Positions 12,616-24,804 of a stretch of DNA of 42,612 nt are shown piece after piece (position 1 is the first letter of the stretch; each line of letters opens with the position of its first letter). The stretch spans positions 1 to 42,612 of the forward strand of contig JAUCBJ010004072.1 in NCBI GenBank assembly GCA_032718475.1, read 5' to 3'. Source of the DNA: Nemertoderma westbladi. Taxonomy: Eukaryota > Animalia > Xenacoelomorpha. The notes beneath the pieces were generated by a model. It did no database searches and was not told the origin of the DNA. It was given only the letters and a program-made list of their open reading frames with translations. Both the position numbers and the translations under genes were made by a program.

Positions 12616-13516
12616 AAGAGTTTGTTTGTTATATACTTAATTTGTGTACCTCTGACCTCTATGCCTACGCGTAGTTATTTATAGTTTTGTTTATATAGGT
12701 ATTCATTCTGAATATAGTCATTTATTTAGTTTTTCTTTCTACAGTACTTTGATTAAATGTATTATATTATCTATTCTATCTGTTTCGTGTCACTTTAAAC
12801 TGTATATTTTTTGCTGGACTTAATGGCTTTCCTGTGGCGTACTTTCAATATTATTATATACCCCATTTAGTCAATAAATAAATAAATAAATAATAGGGCC
12901 TACTGACTGAGTGAGATACGCCTAGGCCATGGATACACTGATCTATCAGGACAGGATCAGCCTATCCAATTTCAGAATTTGCTATTACCAGATTACAGAA
13001 GTCGGCTTCGGCCTAATGCAGTAATGCTAACGCCAACGCCAACGCTAGGCTGCTAGGCCTAGGCATACCGTGCGCATGCGTACCTGATCCTGGTGCACCT
13101 ACCAGCCTCCGTATTTCTGTATTTCTGTTTTGCACATTTCTGCATTTAGTATAGGCCCTAATGATAATGTATAAAGTATATGTATAGTATAATGTACTTG
13201 AACTTGAGTACGGTAGGCCTACCGGTTCCGTACGCGTACGGCTGTACGGTACTGCGGTAGGCTGGTAGGTACCGTCAGACCGTACCGGACCGGTAGGCAA
13301 CTACCGGTATCAGGTAGGCCTACCGTATTGCATATTGTGTAGGCCTATTACTGTATTAAGTGATAAACTATGAACTAATACCTGAATACAGTCAGTGAGT
13401 CAGACAGTACAGCAGTAATATAGTCTGATAGTACCAGAGTACCGGTAGCCTAACTGCCTAATATACGGTACTAACCTGCTAACAGACTAATCTGCTAATA
13501 TAACCATCCTGCCATC

Positions 13517-13707
13517 ATGGTAAAGACCAGAAGTCAGAACCCTTCGGAACTGTCTGCGTATAATAAATCTGCTGTTAATTATGCCGAATATGACATTAAT
13601 GGAGACGAGGGTCTCAATTCTTCAAACAGTTTTAAAGAAACCTATTGTGAAGGAGATCGTTCCTCCTATAGGGAGGCGGATAATGGAAGCGACGATGCTG
13701 ATATTAT
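13517..13707 (+). CDS. Candidate first coding exon of an unidentified gene (basic N-terminus followed by an acidic/Ser-rich stretch)
   Basis: Strong Kozak context GCCATCATGG, 63 open codons (MVKTRSQNPSELS...DNGSDDADI), then consensus donor GTAAGT at 13708-13713. No downstream exon identified. Confidence 0.35.
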
Positions 13708-14022
13708 GTAAGTCTGTACTGTATGACTAAGCTGCTAAGACAGTAAGACTAGCTGGCTAGTGCAAGACCGACGTTACCGGCAGACCGGTCAGCCGGTATC
13801 TGTTTGTAAAGCAGTAGGCCTATAGGGCGCCTACTATTGCAGTATTGTACAGAGTTGTAACAATCAGCTACCGGCAGACCGGTCACCGGTAGCAGCGGTA
13901 ATACAGTACCGGCACAGCCGCACAGCGGTAGCCTAACTGCCTAATATATACCAATATACAGCATATTGTATGTTGTATACTGGATATATACAGCATACAC
14001 TATACAGCTATACACCATATAT

Positions 14023-14796
14023 GGGTGACAGACCGAACGTAATCAGGATCAAACGTAACATAGTTTTTACAAATCGAACGTAACCTCAATTATGTTACAT
14101 TGGATCCTATAACTATGTTACATTCGATCTACAAATTACTACAGTACTAAGCCCGAATGTAACATACATTTATTTAAGTTGTGTTTTGATTCCAGGAGTT
14201 AACCGATGAAATGCTTCGTTTATTTACAGGAAGAACCTGTTTGGTGAGTACAAAACACAGAAACAAAGACCCAAGACCAATTAAAGTAACCTGCATAATC
14301 TTGTAACATGTGTTAACTTTGGTTTATTGTTTTGGTTCCCCCAACACGCCTCTGTAACCTGCTCCTTTAAATAAAGTAGGCTAACCTGCATAATCTTGTA
14401 ATATGTGTTAATTTTCGATTATTGTTTTGTTTGGTGAGTACAAAACACAGAAACAAAGACCCAAGACCAATTAAAGTAACCTGCATAATCTTGTAACATG
14501 TGTTAACTTTGGTTTATTGTTTTGGTTCCCCCAACACGCCTCTGTAACCTGCTCCTTTAAATAAAGTAGGCTAACCTGCATAATCTTGTAATATGTGTTA
14601 ATTTTTGATTATTGTTTTGGTTCCCCCAACACACCTCTGTAACCTGCTCCTTTAAATAGCAATGTTACATTCGGGCTTAGTAATTTGTAGATCGAATGTA
14701 ACATAGTTATAGGATCCAATGTAACATAAATGCGGTTACGTTCGATACGTAATAACTATGTTACATTCGATCCTGATTACGTTCGGTCATGTATCC
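14023..14796. mobile_element. MITE with ~140-bp imperfect terminal inverted repeats and an internal tandem duplication
   Basis: Left GACCGAACGTAATCAGGATC...AAGCCCGAATGTAACAT mirrors right ATGTTACATTCGGGCTT...GATCCTGATTACGTTCGGTC. A ~190-bp internal block is duplicated (~14240 and ~14430). Confidence 0.88.
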
Positions 14797-15347
14797 AGCA
14801 TATATGCCTTTGCCCTACTCACTACTAACGCCGATACCAACACCGGCTAGACTGACTGTCAGTGGTCGTCATAGGCCTCTAAACAGGCCCTTCTTTTATT
14901 ATGTTTATGTATATAATTAGGCCTATGTTGCTATTAAACTGGTAAAGGAATAGTGTCTGTACAGTACATAATGCAGTAGGTTAATGATAATGTCTGAATG
15001 TATAAAGTTTTTAAATGTGATGTTTGCCCGAAACGAAAGAAATATAAAAGAAGAATTAGGCCCTAGCCCACGGATAAAAAGTATACAGCATAGGCCTATC
15101 AGATCTGCAGATATTACAGTATTAGGATATAGGCCTACGTATTACACAGATCAACAGATATATACAGGACTGGCAATCAGGCAATTGGAAAAAGTACTGG
15201 CAGACTGGTACCGGTAGGTTTTTTGTAAACCTAGGTTTTTGTTCAATTTTGGCAAAAACCTAAAATTTGAAAAAATCCTAAAACTTTTTAGGTTTTTGAT
15301 CATCAAAAACCAGCCAAATTGAGAAACTGCTTAAATAAAAGAGCAGC

Positions 15348-15597
15348 GTGGGCTGGTGAAGTAAAGACGAGGTCACTTTTCTGGCAACCAACACGTATGC
15401 AGACATGGACAGATGTAAAGCGTACCCGTGGACGACCGGCTATAACATACAGACATAGGCCTATATACTGATATAGATAGACCAGCTTGATAGGGATACT
15501 GAACTTGAGAGAAACGAAATTGCGACAACTATGGAGAATTGGGAAGCCTGGAAGTATCTCATTTCCAATGTCCGAGTTCGCGACCTAGAAGTAGTAA
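15348..15597 (+). mobile_element. RTE family A 3' fragment, older and degraded
   Basis: Aligns by eye with 28180-28410 (AAGTAAAGACGAGGTC...ACTATGGAGAAT.GGGAAGCCTGGAAG...GTCCGAGTTCGC) and has a short TAG-like tail. Confidence 0.85.
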
Positions 15598-16057
15598 TCC
15601 TACGGGTATCACACTACAGTACAGACGCCACTTTTCATCTGCTTTTTACGCAGAAAACATGCAGCGCAGCTCGGCACACCAGCAGCCTTATTACTCAGAC
15701 TGTCAGGCGAGGCTACTTAATGATTGCGTTGAATGTGTTGTGTTGTGTTGGTGTAGGTAATGACTGGGATACCGGTACTGGTTTATTTTTTTAGGTTAGA
15801 GTCTGTTGGTCAGGCACAAATCATAATTAACATAAGATTAAATCCTGGGAGGGAGCCTCTTTAACTCTACCAATAATAGGCCTTCTAAAGGATTTTTGGA
15901 GTCATGTATTCTAGTTGAACATGGACAGTTAGTTGGATGCTACCCGGCTACTTTACTGCTCGTTAATTTCGTATTCTGTATTATAGTATTATATTAATGA
16001 ACAAATAATATATAATATGTACAAAATTTAGCTTGCACTAAAGGGGCCTTCGCGATT

Positions 16058-16488
16058 GGGTGACAGACCGAATGTAATCAGGATCGTATGTAAATAGGTA
16101 TTGTTTTTACGAATCTTCAATAAACTCTAACCTCAATTATGTTACTATGGGGTGGGCGGGGCGCTACTCCTATCCCAAGATGTGCTCCCAGTTATTTAAC
16201 TGATAGTCATTCGATCTATAAATTACTAAGCCCGAATGTAACATACCGGTACATTTATTTCTGTTGTGTTTTGATTTCAGGAGTTAACTGATGAAATGCT
16301 TCGTTTATTTACGGAAGAAACATTTTGACTAAAAAGACCCAGTTAACTTTTGTTTATTGTTTTGGTTCCCCCAACACGACTCTGTAACCTACTCGCTCCT
16401 TTAAATGGCAATGTTACATTCGGGCTTAGTAATTTGTAGATCGAATGTAACATAGTTATAGGATCCAATGTAACATAATTGCGGTTAC
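16058..16488. mobile_element. Second, right-truncated copy of the 14023-14796 MITE
   Basis: Starts with the same GGGTGACAGACCGAA.GTAATCAGGATC terminus and shares the internal and right-arm sequence. Lacks the internal duplication. Confidence 0.85.
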
Positions 16489-16617
16489 ACGCCACTCGTG
16501 TAACCAATAGGTTTTCCGTGTTATTGTTATCAGTATTGTCTGAAAATGCAACGAATTGCGGGTTATGGTGTACTATATAATTAATATATAATATATATTA
16601 GGAAATTGTGTGATTAA

Positions 16618-17881
16618 GGGGACCATTATCCCAAATCTATTTTATTTATGACGCTACTATTCTGAAACTTTAACACGATGATCTGCAACCTTTTATTTAG
16701 TATGGATAGCTTTGTAAACACTTTTGTTCGAAAAATATACCGGTAGCACGTTTTGTGCATATTTTGTAAATTATATATAATTTTTAAGTATCAGTAAATA
16801 CCACCTAGTTTAAGTTCTCAGACCAAGAGTTTGGCCCAATTTACATAGATTTTTAGACCATCTTTTATGAAAATTGCAGCATGAAATTATTGTTTTTGAA
16901 GTATTTATGGGGGTTTTAGTACGATCTGACTATATTTTGCGCAACAAGCATAGCAGTTACAACCAACAACGGTTATAGAAGATCAAAGTAGCCAAGCCAT
17001 GTTTTATAAAACCAATCAATATTCACGATTGTAGCCCTAAATCTGCTGAACTAAAGCTGCTGAACATTTTGTTGTAGCCATAAAGCTGCTGAACATTTTG
17101 TTGTAGCCCTAAAGCTGCTGAACATTTTGTTGTAGCCCTAAAGCTGCTCAACATTTTGTTGTAGCCCTAAAGCTGCTCAACATTTTGGTGTAGCCCTAAA
17201 GCTGCTCAACATTTTGTTGTAGCCCTAAAGCTGCTCAACATTTTGTTGTAGCCCTAAAGCTGCTCAACATTTTGTTGTAGCCCTAAAGCTGCTCAACATT
17301 TTGTTGTAGCCCTAAAGCTACTCAACATTTTGTTGTAGCTCTAAAGCTGCTCAACATTTTGTTGTAGCCGTAAAGCTGCTCAACATTTTGTTGTAGCCCT
17401 AAAGCTGCTGAACATTTTGTTGTAGCCCTAAAGCTGTTCAATATTTTGTTGTAGCCCTAAAGCTGCTCAACATTTTATTGTAGCCCTAAAGCTGCTCAAC
17501 ATTTTGTTGTAGCCCTAAAGCTGCTCAACATTTTGTTGTAGCCCTAAAGCTGCTCAACATTTTGTTGTAGCCCTAAAGCTGCTCAACATGTTGGAATGTT
17601 TGATGGAAATTGATTGAAGAATAAAAGAGTAGTAAGAAATTTAGGGAAACTGAGAAAATACTTTTACTGAGAAAATAGTTTTATACAGAGTCATGAATAT
17701 CAGCGATATATTATGTTGTTGAAAAGTTATGTTTAGTGGTGAAAAAAATATTCAATGGTGAAAACCGATGCCACCACATGAAAGTCCTTCTATCAAACTA
17801 CAAAAAATAGCTGACTACTTGTTTTTTTTTTAATTTTGTAAATTTTCGAAAATTCCACTTTCGTTACGGGTAATAGTCCCC
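16618..17881. mobile_element. Kolobok-like non-autonomous DNA transposon with TTAA target-site duplication
   Basis: TTAA(16614-16617)|GGGGACCATTATCC...GGTAATAGTCCCC|TTAA(17882-17885). 14-bp imperfect TIRs starting with purines plus TTAA TSD fit Kolobok rather than piggyBac. Confidence 0.8.
17051..17589. repeat. Minisatellite, 29-bp unit (GTAGCCCTAAAGCTGCTCAACATTTTGTT), ~18 copies, inside the Kolobok-like element
   Basis: Period 29 read directly (e.g. 17102 and 17131). Confidence 0.96.
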
Positions 17882-18065
17882 TTAATGTGGTGTGAATATA
17901 ATAAGTGTGAAACCGGTACCAAGGTTTCCACTACCAAGTATATAATCCCCCGTTACGTTTTCGCAGCCGTCCACCCCGCCGTAGCGGACGGGAGAAGAAG
18001 CGACCGGTCATTCTAGATGACAGCTACATGATGGAGGATTCAATCTACCGACCGTCGTACGGGAG

Positions 18066-19158
18066 AAGTCGGACATACAGGGGGAAAAACGTGTTGAGGG
18101 ACGTCGGATATTCCAACGGGTAAGTCGGACCTCCAGGGGGGAAAACGTGTTGAGGGACGTCGGATATTCCAACGGGTAAGTCGGAGTTACAGGGGGAAAA
18201 ACGTGTTGAGGGACGTCGGATATTTCAACGGGTAAGTCGGACCTACAGGGGGAAAAACGTATTGAGGGACGTCGGATATTCCAACGGGTAAGTCGGAGTT
18301 ACAGGGGGAAAAACGTATTGAGGGACGTCGGATATTCCAACGGGTAAGTCGGAGTTACAGGGGGAAAAACGTATTGAGGGACGTCGGATATTCCAACGGG
18401 TAAGTCGGAGTTACAGGGGGAAAAACGTATTGAGGGACGTCGGATATTCCAACGGGTAAGTCGGAGTTACAGGGGGAAAAACGTATTGAGGGACGTCGGA
18501 TATTCCAACGGGTAAGTCGGAGTTACAGGGGGAAAAACGTGTTGAGGGACGTCGGATATTTCAACGGGTAAGTCGGACCTACAGGGGGAAAAACGTATTG
18601 AGGGACGTCGGATATTCCAACGGGTAAGTCGGAGTTACAGGCGGAAAAACGTATTGAGGGACGTCGGATATTCCAACGGGTAAGTCGGAGTTACAGGGGA
18701 AAAAACGTATTGAGGGACGTCGGATATTCCAAAGGGTAAGTCGGAGTTACAGGGGAAAAAACGTGTTGAGGGACGTCGGATATTCCAACGGGTAAGTCGG
18801 AGTTACAGGGGGAAAAACGTATTGAGGGACGTCGGATATTCCAACGGGTAAGTCGGAGTTACAGGGGGAAAAACGTATTGAGGGACGTCGGATATTCCAA
18901 CGGGTAAGTCGGACCTACAGGGGGAAAAACGTATTGAGGGACGTCGGATATTCCAAAGGGTAAGTCGGAGTTACAGGGGAAAAAACGTGTTGAGGGACGT
19001 CGGATATTCCAACGGGTAAGTCGGAGTTACAGGGGGAAAAACGTATTGAGGGACGTCGGATATTCCAACGGGTAAGTCGGACCTACAGGGGTAAAACGTG
19101 TTGAGGGACGTCGGATATTCCAAAGGGTAAGTCGGAGTTACAGGGGGAAAAACGTATT
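18066..19158. repeat. Minisatellite, 56-bp unit (ACAGGGGGAAAAACGTATTGAGGGACGTCGGATATTCCAACGGGTAAGTCGGAGTT), ~19 copies
   Basis: Period 56 read directly (18301 and 18357). Variants include GGAGTT/GGACCT and CGTAT/CGTGT. Confidence 0.97.
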
Positions 19159-20059
19159 GTTTGGTGTCCTCAGCAGTTAGAGCCCAGCATGGACTCCCAT
19201 AGAGGAGTACTGGAACTACTGCTGATCTAAATAATCGGACCTTAAGTTTCCGATTAATTCTCGTTGACTTCCAAATCCTGGAAAGCCTATTCAAGGCTGC
19301 CAATGCCTTTCCCTTACGTATTCGAAGGTCCTCACCTGACTTCCGGATCCATGGTGATCCCAGGTAACAGAAGAGGTCCACATGCTCAAGCATACCATCC
19401 TTTGAGCTTATGCTCATCCGGTTAGAGACTTGCTGAGGACTTTCAAAGTTAACTGTCAAAATTTTGGTCTTTCTGGAGTTAATAAAAAGACCAACACTAG
19501 AAGCAGCATGTTCTAATGAGCTGAGGAGCCGTTGGGTTCCCTCTAGTGATTCTGAGAGTACTCCTAAGTCATCAGCAAAGTCTAGATCAGTTAGGTACTT
19601 GGCAGGATTTCCTCGACTTCTGGAGCCAGTAGGTGGAGTTATCATCACCCCATCATCATTATGATGATCTAAGGACATGCGTAGAACATAGTCAACAACA
19701 ATTATGAACAGGAATGGTGCAAGTGTGTCTCCTTGGAGGACTCCCCATAACACTTCGAATGGTTCTGTGTCACCGTCAACAGTAGACACAAATGTTGCCA
19801 TCGTATACTGATCTGATTGCTGCAATAATTTCATCAGGAATCCCATATAATGAAAGTATGCTGAACATACGTGAGCGAGAGACTGAATCAAAGGCCTTGA
19901 AGAAATCAACAAAGAAAACAGCTTTCTTTTTTTGATAAATCTTCAATTATACTTCTAAGTGCCAAAATGGGCTCCATGGTCCCACGACCTTTACGGAACC
20001 AATTCTGATTTCCACGTAGCAGTCTTTCAATGGGATCCCTGATGCGATTTAATAGAAAC
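19159..20059 (-). mobile_element. RTE-clade LINE family B, internal RT fragment truncated at both ends by tandem arrays
   Basis: LLNRIRDPIERLLRGNQNWFRKGR, GVLQGDTLAPFLFIIVVDYVLR, DLDFADD, FCYLGS, VVPVLLYGSPCWALT; degraded. Confidence 0.92.
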
Positions 20060-23000
20060 GTAGCCTAGTAGTAGTGGATTAAATTAGCTTAGCAGTAGTA
20101 GCATAAAGTAGCCAAGCAGTAGTAGCATAAAGTAGCCAAGCAGTAGTAGCATAAAGTAGCCTAGCAGTAGTAGCATAAAGTAGCCTAGAGCAGTAGTAGC
20201 ATAAAGTAGCCTAGCAGTAGTAGCATAAAGTAGCCAAGCAGTAGTAGCATAAAGTAGCCTAGAGCAGTAGTAGCATAAAGTAGCCTAGCAGTAGTAGCAT
20301 AAAGTAGCCAAGCAGTAGTAGCATAAAGTAGCCAAGCAGTAGTAGCATAAAGTAGCCTAGCATTAGTAGCATAAAATAGCCTAGAGCAGTAGTAGCATAA
20401 AGTAGCCTAGAGCAGTAGTAGCATAAAGTAGCCAAGCAGTAGTAGCATAAAGTAGCCAAGCAGTAGTAGCATAAAGTAGCCAAGCAGTAGTAGCATAAAG
20501 TAGCCTAGCATTAGTAGCATAAAATAGCCTAGAGCAGTAGTAGCATAAAGTAGCCTAGAGCAGTAGTAGCATAAAGTAGCCAAGCAGTAGTAGCATAAAG
20601 TAGCCTAGCATTAGTAGCATAAAATAGCCTAGAGCAGTAGTAGCATAAAGTAGCCAAGCAGTAGTAGCATAAAGTAGCCAAGCAGTAGTAGCATAAAGTA
20701 GCCTAGAGCAGTAGTAGCATAAAGTAGCCTAGCAGTAGTAGCATAAAGTAGCCTAGCAGTAGTAGCATAAAGTAGCCAAGCAGTAGTAGCATAAAGTAGA
20801 CTAGCAGTAGTAGCATAAAGTAGCCTAGCAGTAGTAGCCAAGCAGTAGTAGCATAAAGTAGCCTAGCAGTAGTAGCATAAAGTTGCCAAGCAGTAGTAGC
20901 ATAAAGTAGCCTAGCATTAGTAGCATAAAGTAGCCAAGCAGTAGTAGCATAAAGTAGCCTAGCAGTAGTAGCATAAAGTAGCCAAGCAGTAGTAGCATAA
21001 AGTAGCCTAGCATTAGTAGCATAAAGTAGCCTAGCAGTAGTAGCATAAAGTAGCCAAGCAACTGTAGCATAAAGTAGCCAAGCAGTAGTAGCATAAAGTA
21101 GCCAAGCAGTAGTAGCATAAAGTAGCTAAGCAGTAGTAGCATTAAGTAGCCTAGCAGTAGTAGCATAAAGTAGCCAAGCAGTAGTAGCATAAAGTAGCCT
21201 AGCAGTAGTAGCATAAAGTAGCCAAGCAGTAGTAGCATAAAGTTGCCTAGCAGTAGTAGCATAAAGTTGCCTAGCAGTAGTAGCATAAAGTAGCCTAGCA
21301 GCTGTAGCATAAAGTAGCCAAGCAGTAGTAGCATAAAGTAGCCTAGCAGTAGTAGCATAAAGTAGCCTAGCAGTAGTAGCATAAAGTAGCCTAGCAGTAG
21401 TAGCATAAAGTAGCCTAGCAGTAGTAGCATAAAGTAGCCAAGCAGTAGTAGCATAAAGTAGCCTAGCAGTAGTAGCATAAAGTAGCCTAGCAGTAGTAGC
21501 ATAAAGTAGCCAAGCAGTAGTAGCATAAAGTAGCCAAGCAGTAGTAGCATAAAGTAGCCAAGCAGTAGTAGCATAAAGTAGCCAAGCAGTAGTAGCATAA
21601 AGTAGCCTAGCAGTAGTAGCATAAAGTAGCCAAGCAGTAGTAGCATAAAGTAGCCTAGCAGTAGTAGCATAAAGTAGCCTAGCAGTAGTAGCCAAGCAGT
21701 AGTAGCATAAAGTAGCCAAGCAGTAGTAGCATAAAGTAGCCTAGCAGTAGTAGCATAAAGTAGCCTAGCAGTAGTAGCATAAAGTAGCCAAGCAGTAGTA
21801 GCATAAAGTAGCCTAGCAGTAGTAGCATAAAGTAGCCAAGCAGTAGTAGCATAAAGTAGCCTAGCAGTAGTAGCATAAAGTAGCCTAGCAGTAGTAGCCA
21901 AGCAGTAGTAGCATAAAGTAGCCAAGCAGTAGTAGCATAAAGTAGCCTAGCAGTAGTAGCATAAAGTTGCCTAGCAGTAGTAGCATAAAGTTGCCTAGCA
22001 GTAGTAGCATAAAGTAGCCTAGCAGTAGTAGCATAAAGTAGCCTAGCAGTAGTAGCATAAAGTAGCCTAGCAGTAGTAGCATAAAGTAGCCAAGCAGTAG
22101 TAGCATAAAGTAGCCAAGCAGTAGTAGCATAAAGTAGCCAAGCAGTAGTAGCATAAAGTTGCCTAGCAGTAGTAGCATAAAGTAGCCTAGCAGTAGTAGC
22201 ATAAAGTAGCCTAGCAGTAGTAGCATAAAGTAGCCAAGCAGTAGTAGCATAAAGTAGCCTAGCAGTAGTAGCATAAAGTAGCCAAGCAGTAGTAGCATAA
22301 AGTAGCCAAGCAGTAGTAGCATAAAGTAGCCTAGCAGTAGTAGCATAAAGTAGCCTAGCAGTAGTAGCATAAAGTAGCCTAGCAGTAGTAGCATAAAGTA
22401 GCCAAGCAGTAGTAGCATAAAGTAGCCTAGCAGTAGTAGCATAAAGTAGCCTAGCAGTAGTAGCATAAAGTAGCTAAGCAGTAGTAGCATAAAGTAGCCT
22501 AGCAGTAGTAGCATAAAGTAGCCAAGCAGTAGTAGCATAAAGTAGCCTAGCAGTAGTAGCATAAAGTAGCCTAGCAGTAGTAGCATAAAGTAGCCTAGCA
22601 GCTGTAGCATAAAGTAGCCAAGCAGTAGTAGCATAAAGTAGCCAAGCAGTAGTAGCATAAAGTCGCCAAGCAGTAGTAGCATAAAGTAGCCTAGCAGTAG
22701 TAGCATAAAGTTGCCTAGCAGTAGTAGCCAAGCAGTAGTAGCATAAAGTAGCCAAGCAGTAGTAGCATAAAGTAGCCTAGCAGTAGTAGCATAAAGTAGC
22801 CAAGCAGTAGTAGCATAAATTAGCCAAGCAGTAGTAGCATAAAGTAGCCAAGCAGTAGTAGCATAAAGTAGCCTAGCAGTAGTAGCATAAAGTAGCCTAG
22901 CAGTAGTAGCATAAAGTAGCTAAGCAGTAGTAGCATAAAGTAGCCTAGCAGTAGTAGCATAAAGTAGCCAAGCAGTAGTAGCATAAAGTAGCCTAGCAGT

Positions 23001-24804
23001 AGTAGCATAAAGTAGCCTAGCAGTAGTAGCATAAAGTAGCCTAGCAGCTGTAGCATAAAGTAGCCAAGCAGTAGTAGCATAAAGTAGCCAAGCAGTAGTA
23101 GCATAAAGTCGCCAAGCAGTAGTAGCATAAAGTAGCCTAGCAGTAGTAGCATAAAGTTGCCTAGCAGTAGTAGCCAAGCAGTAGTAGCATAAAGTAGCCT
23201 AGCAGTAGTAGCATAAAGTAGCCTAGCAGCTGTAGCATAAAGTAGCCAAGCAGTAGTAGCATAAAGTAGCCAAGCAGTAGTAGCATAAAGTCGCCAAGCA
23301 GTAGTAGCATAAAGTAGCCTAGCAGTAGTAGCATAAAGTTGCCTAGCAGTAGTAGCCAAGCAGTAGTAGCATAAAGTAGCCTAGCAGTAGTAGCATAAAG
23401 TAGCCTAGCATTAGTAGCATAAAGTAGCCTAGCAGTAGTAGCATAAAGTAGCCTAGCAGTAGTAGCATAAAGTAGCCAAGCAGTAGTAGCATAAAGTAGC
23501 CTAGCAGTAGTAGCATAAAGTAGCCTAGCAGTAGTAGCATAAAGTAGCCTAGCAGTAGTAGCATAAAGTAGCCTAGCAGTAGTAGCATAAAGTAGCCTAG
23601 CAGTAGTAGCATAAAGTAGCCAAGCTGTAGTAGCATAAAGTAGCCTAGCAGTAGTAGCATAAAGTAGCCAAGCAGTAGTAGCATAAAGTAGCCTAGCAGT
23701 AGTAGCATAAAGTAGCCAAGCAGTAGTAGCATAAAGTAGCCTAGCAGTAGTAGCATAAAGTAGCCTAGCAGTAGTAGCATAAAGTAGCCAAGCAGTAGTA
23801 GCATAAAGTAGCCAAGCAGTAGTAGCATAAAGTTGCCTAGCAGTAGTAGCATAAAGTTGCCTAGCAGTAGTAGCATAAAGTAGCCTAGCAGTAGTAGCAT
23901 AAAGTAGCCTAGCAGTAGTAGCATAAAGTAGCCTAGCAGTAGTAGCATAAAGTAGCCAAGCAGTAGTAGCATAAAGTAGCCAAGCAGTAGTAGCATAAAG
24001 TAGCCAAGCAGTAGTAGCATAAAGTTGCCTAGCAGTAGTAGCATAAAGTTGCCTAGCAGTAGTAGCATAAAGTAGCCTAGCAGTAGTAGCATAAAGTAGC
24101 CTAGCAGTAGTAGCATAAAGTAGCCAAGCAGTAGTAGCATAAAGTAGCCAAGCAGTAGTAGCATAAAGTAGCCTAGCAGTAGTAGCATAAAGTAGCCAAG
24201 CAGTAGTAGCATAAAGTAGCCTAGCAGTAGTAGCATAAAGTAGCCAAGCAGTAGTAGCATAAAGTAGCCTAGCAGTAGTAGCATAAAGTAGCCTAGCAGT
24301 AGTAGCATAAAGTAGCCTAGCAGCTGTAGCATAAAGTAGCCAAGCAGTAGTAGCATAAAGTAGCCAAGCAGTAGTAGCATAAAGTCGCCAAGCAGTAGTA
24401 GCATAAAGTAGCCTAGCAGTAGTAGCATAAAGTTGCCTAGCAGTAGTAGCCAAGCAGTAGTAGCATAAAGTAGCCAAGCAGTAGTAGCATAAAGTAGCCT
24501 AGCAGTAGTAGCATAAAGTAGCCAAGCAGTAGTAGCATAAAGTAGCCTAGCAGTAGTAGCATAAAGTAGCCAAGCAGTAGTAGCATAAAGTAGCCTAGCA
24601 GTAGTAGCATAAAGTAGCCTAGCAGTAGTAGCATAAAGTAGCCTAGCAGTAGTAGCATAAAGTAGCCTAGCAGTAGTAGCATAAAGTAGCCTAGCAGTAG
24701 TAGCATAAAGTAGCCTAGCAGTAGTAGCATAAAGTAGCCAAGCAGTAGTAGCATAAAGTAGCCTAGCAGTAGTAGCATAAAGTAGCCTAGCAGTAGTAGC
24801 ATAA
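20060..24804. repeat. Satellite, 24-bp unit (AGCAGTAGTAGCATAAAGTAGCCW), ~195 copies
   Basis: Direct reading; includes 26-bp and 14-bp variant units. Confidence 0.98.

Larger units (their letters stand above)
7720..12894 (+). mobile_element. Near full-length CR1/L2-group (Crack/Daphne-like) LINE with ORF1, ORF2, long 3' UTR and (TAAA)n tail; disrupted by frameshifts
   Basis: Collinear ORF1, APE endonuclease, RT and C-terminal Cys motif, followed by a ~900-bp AT-rich 3' UTR ending in (TAAA)n at ~12873-12893. The 5' boundary is approximate. Confidence 0.88.

Noticed and set aside
7619-12903. GGGCCTAC on both sides of the large LINE as a TSD
   Set aside because: GGCCTA words are very frequent in this window and the LINE 5' end is not defined.
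17051-19158. CRISPR-like appearance of the 29-bp and 56-bp arrays
   Set aside because: Units are head-to-tail with no unique spacers, there are no cas genes, and the context is eukaryotic.
18971-19158. C-terminal extension of the 313-aa ORF (YVFPPVTPTYPLEYPTSL repeats)
   Set aside because: Read-through of a truncated RTE fragment into the 56-bp array, not a real fusion protein.
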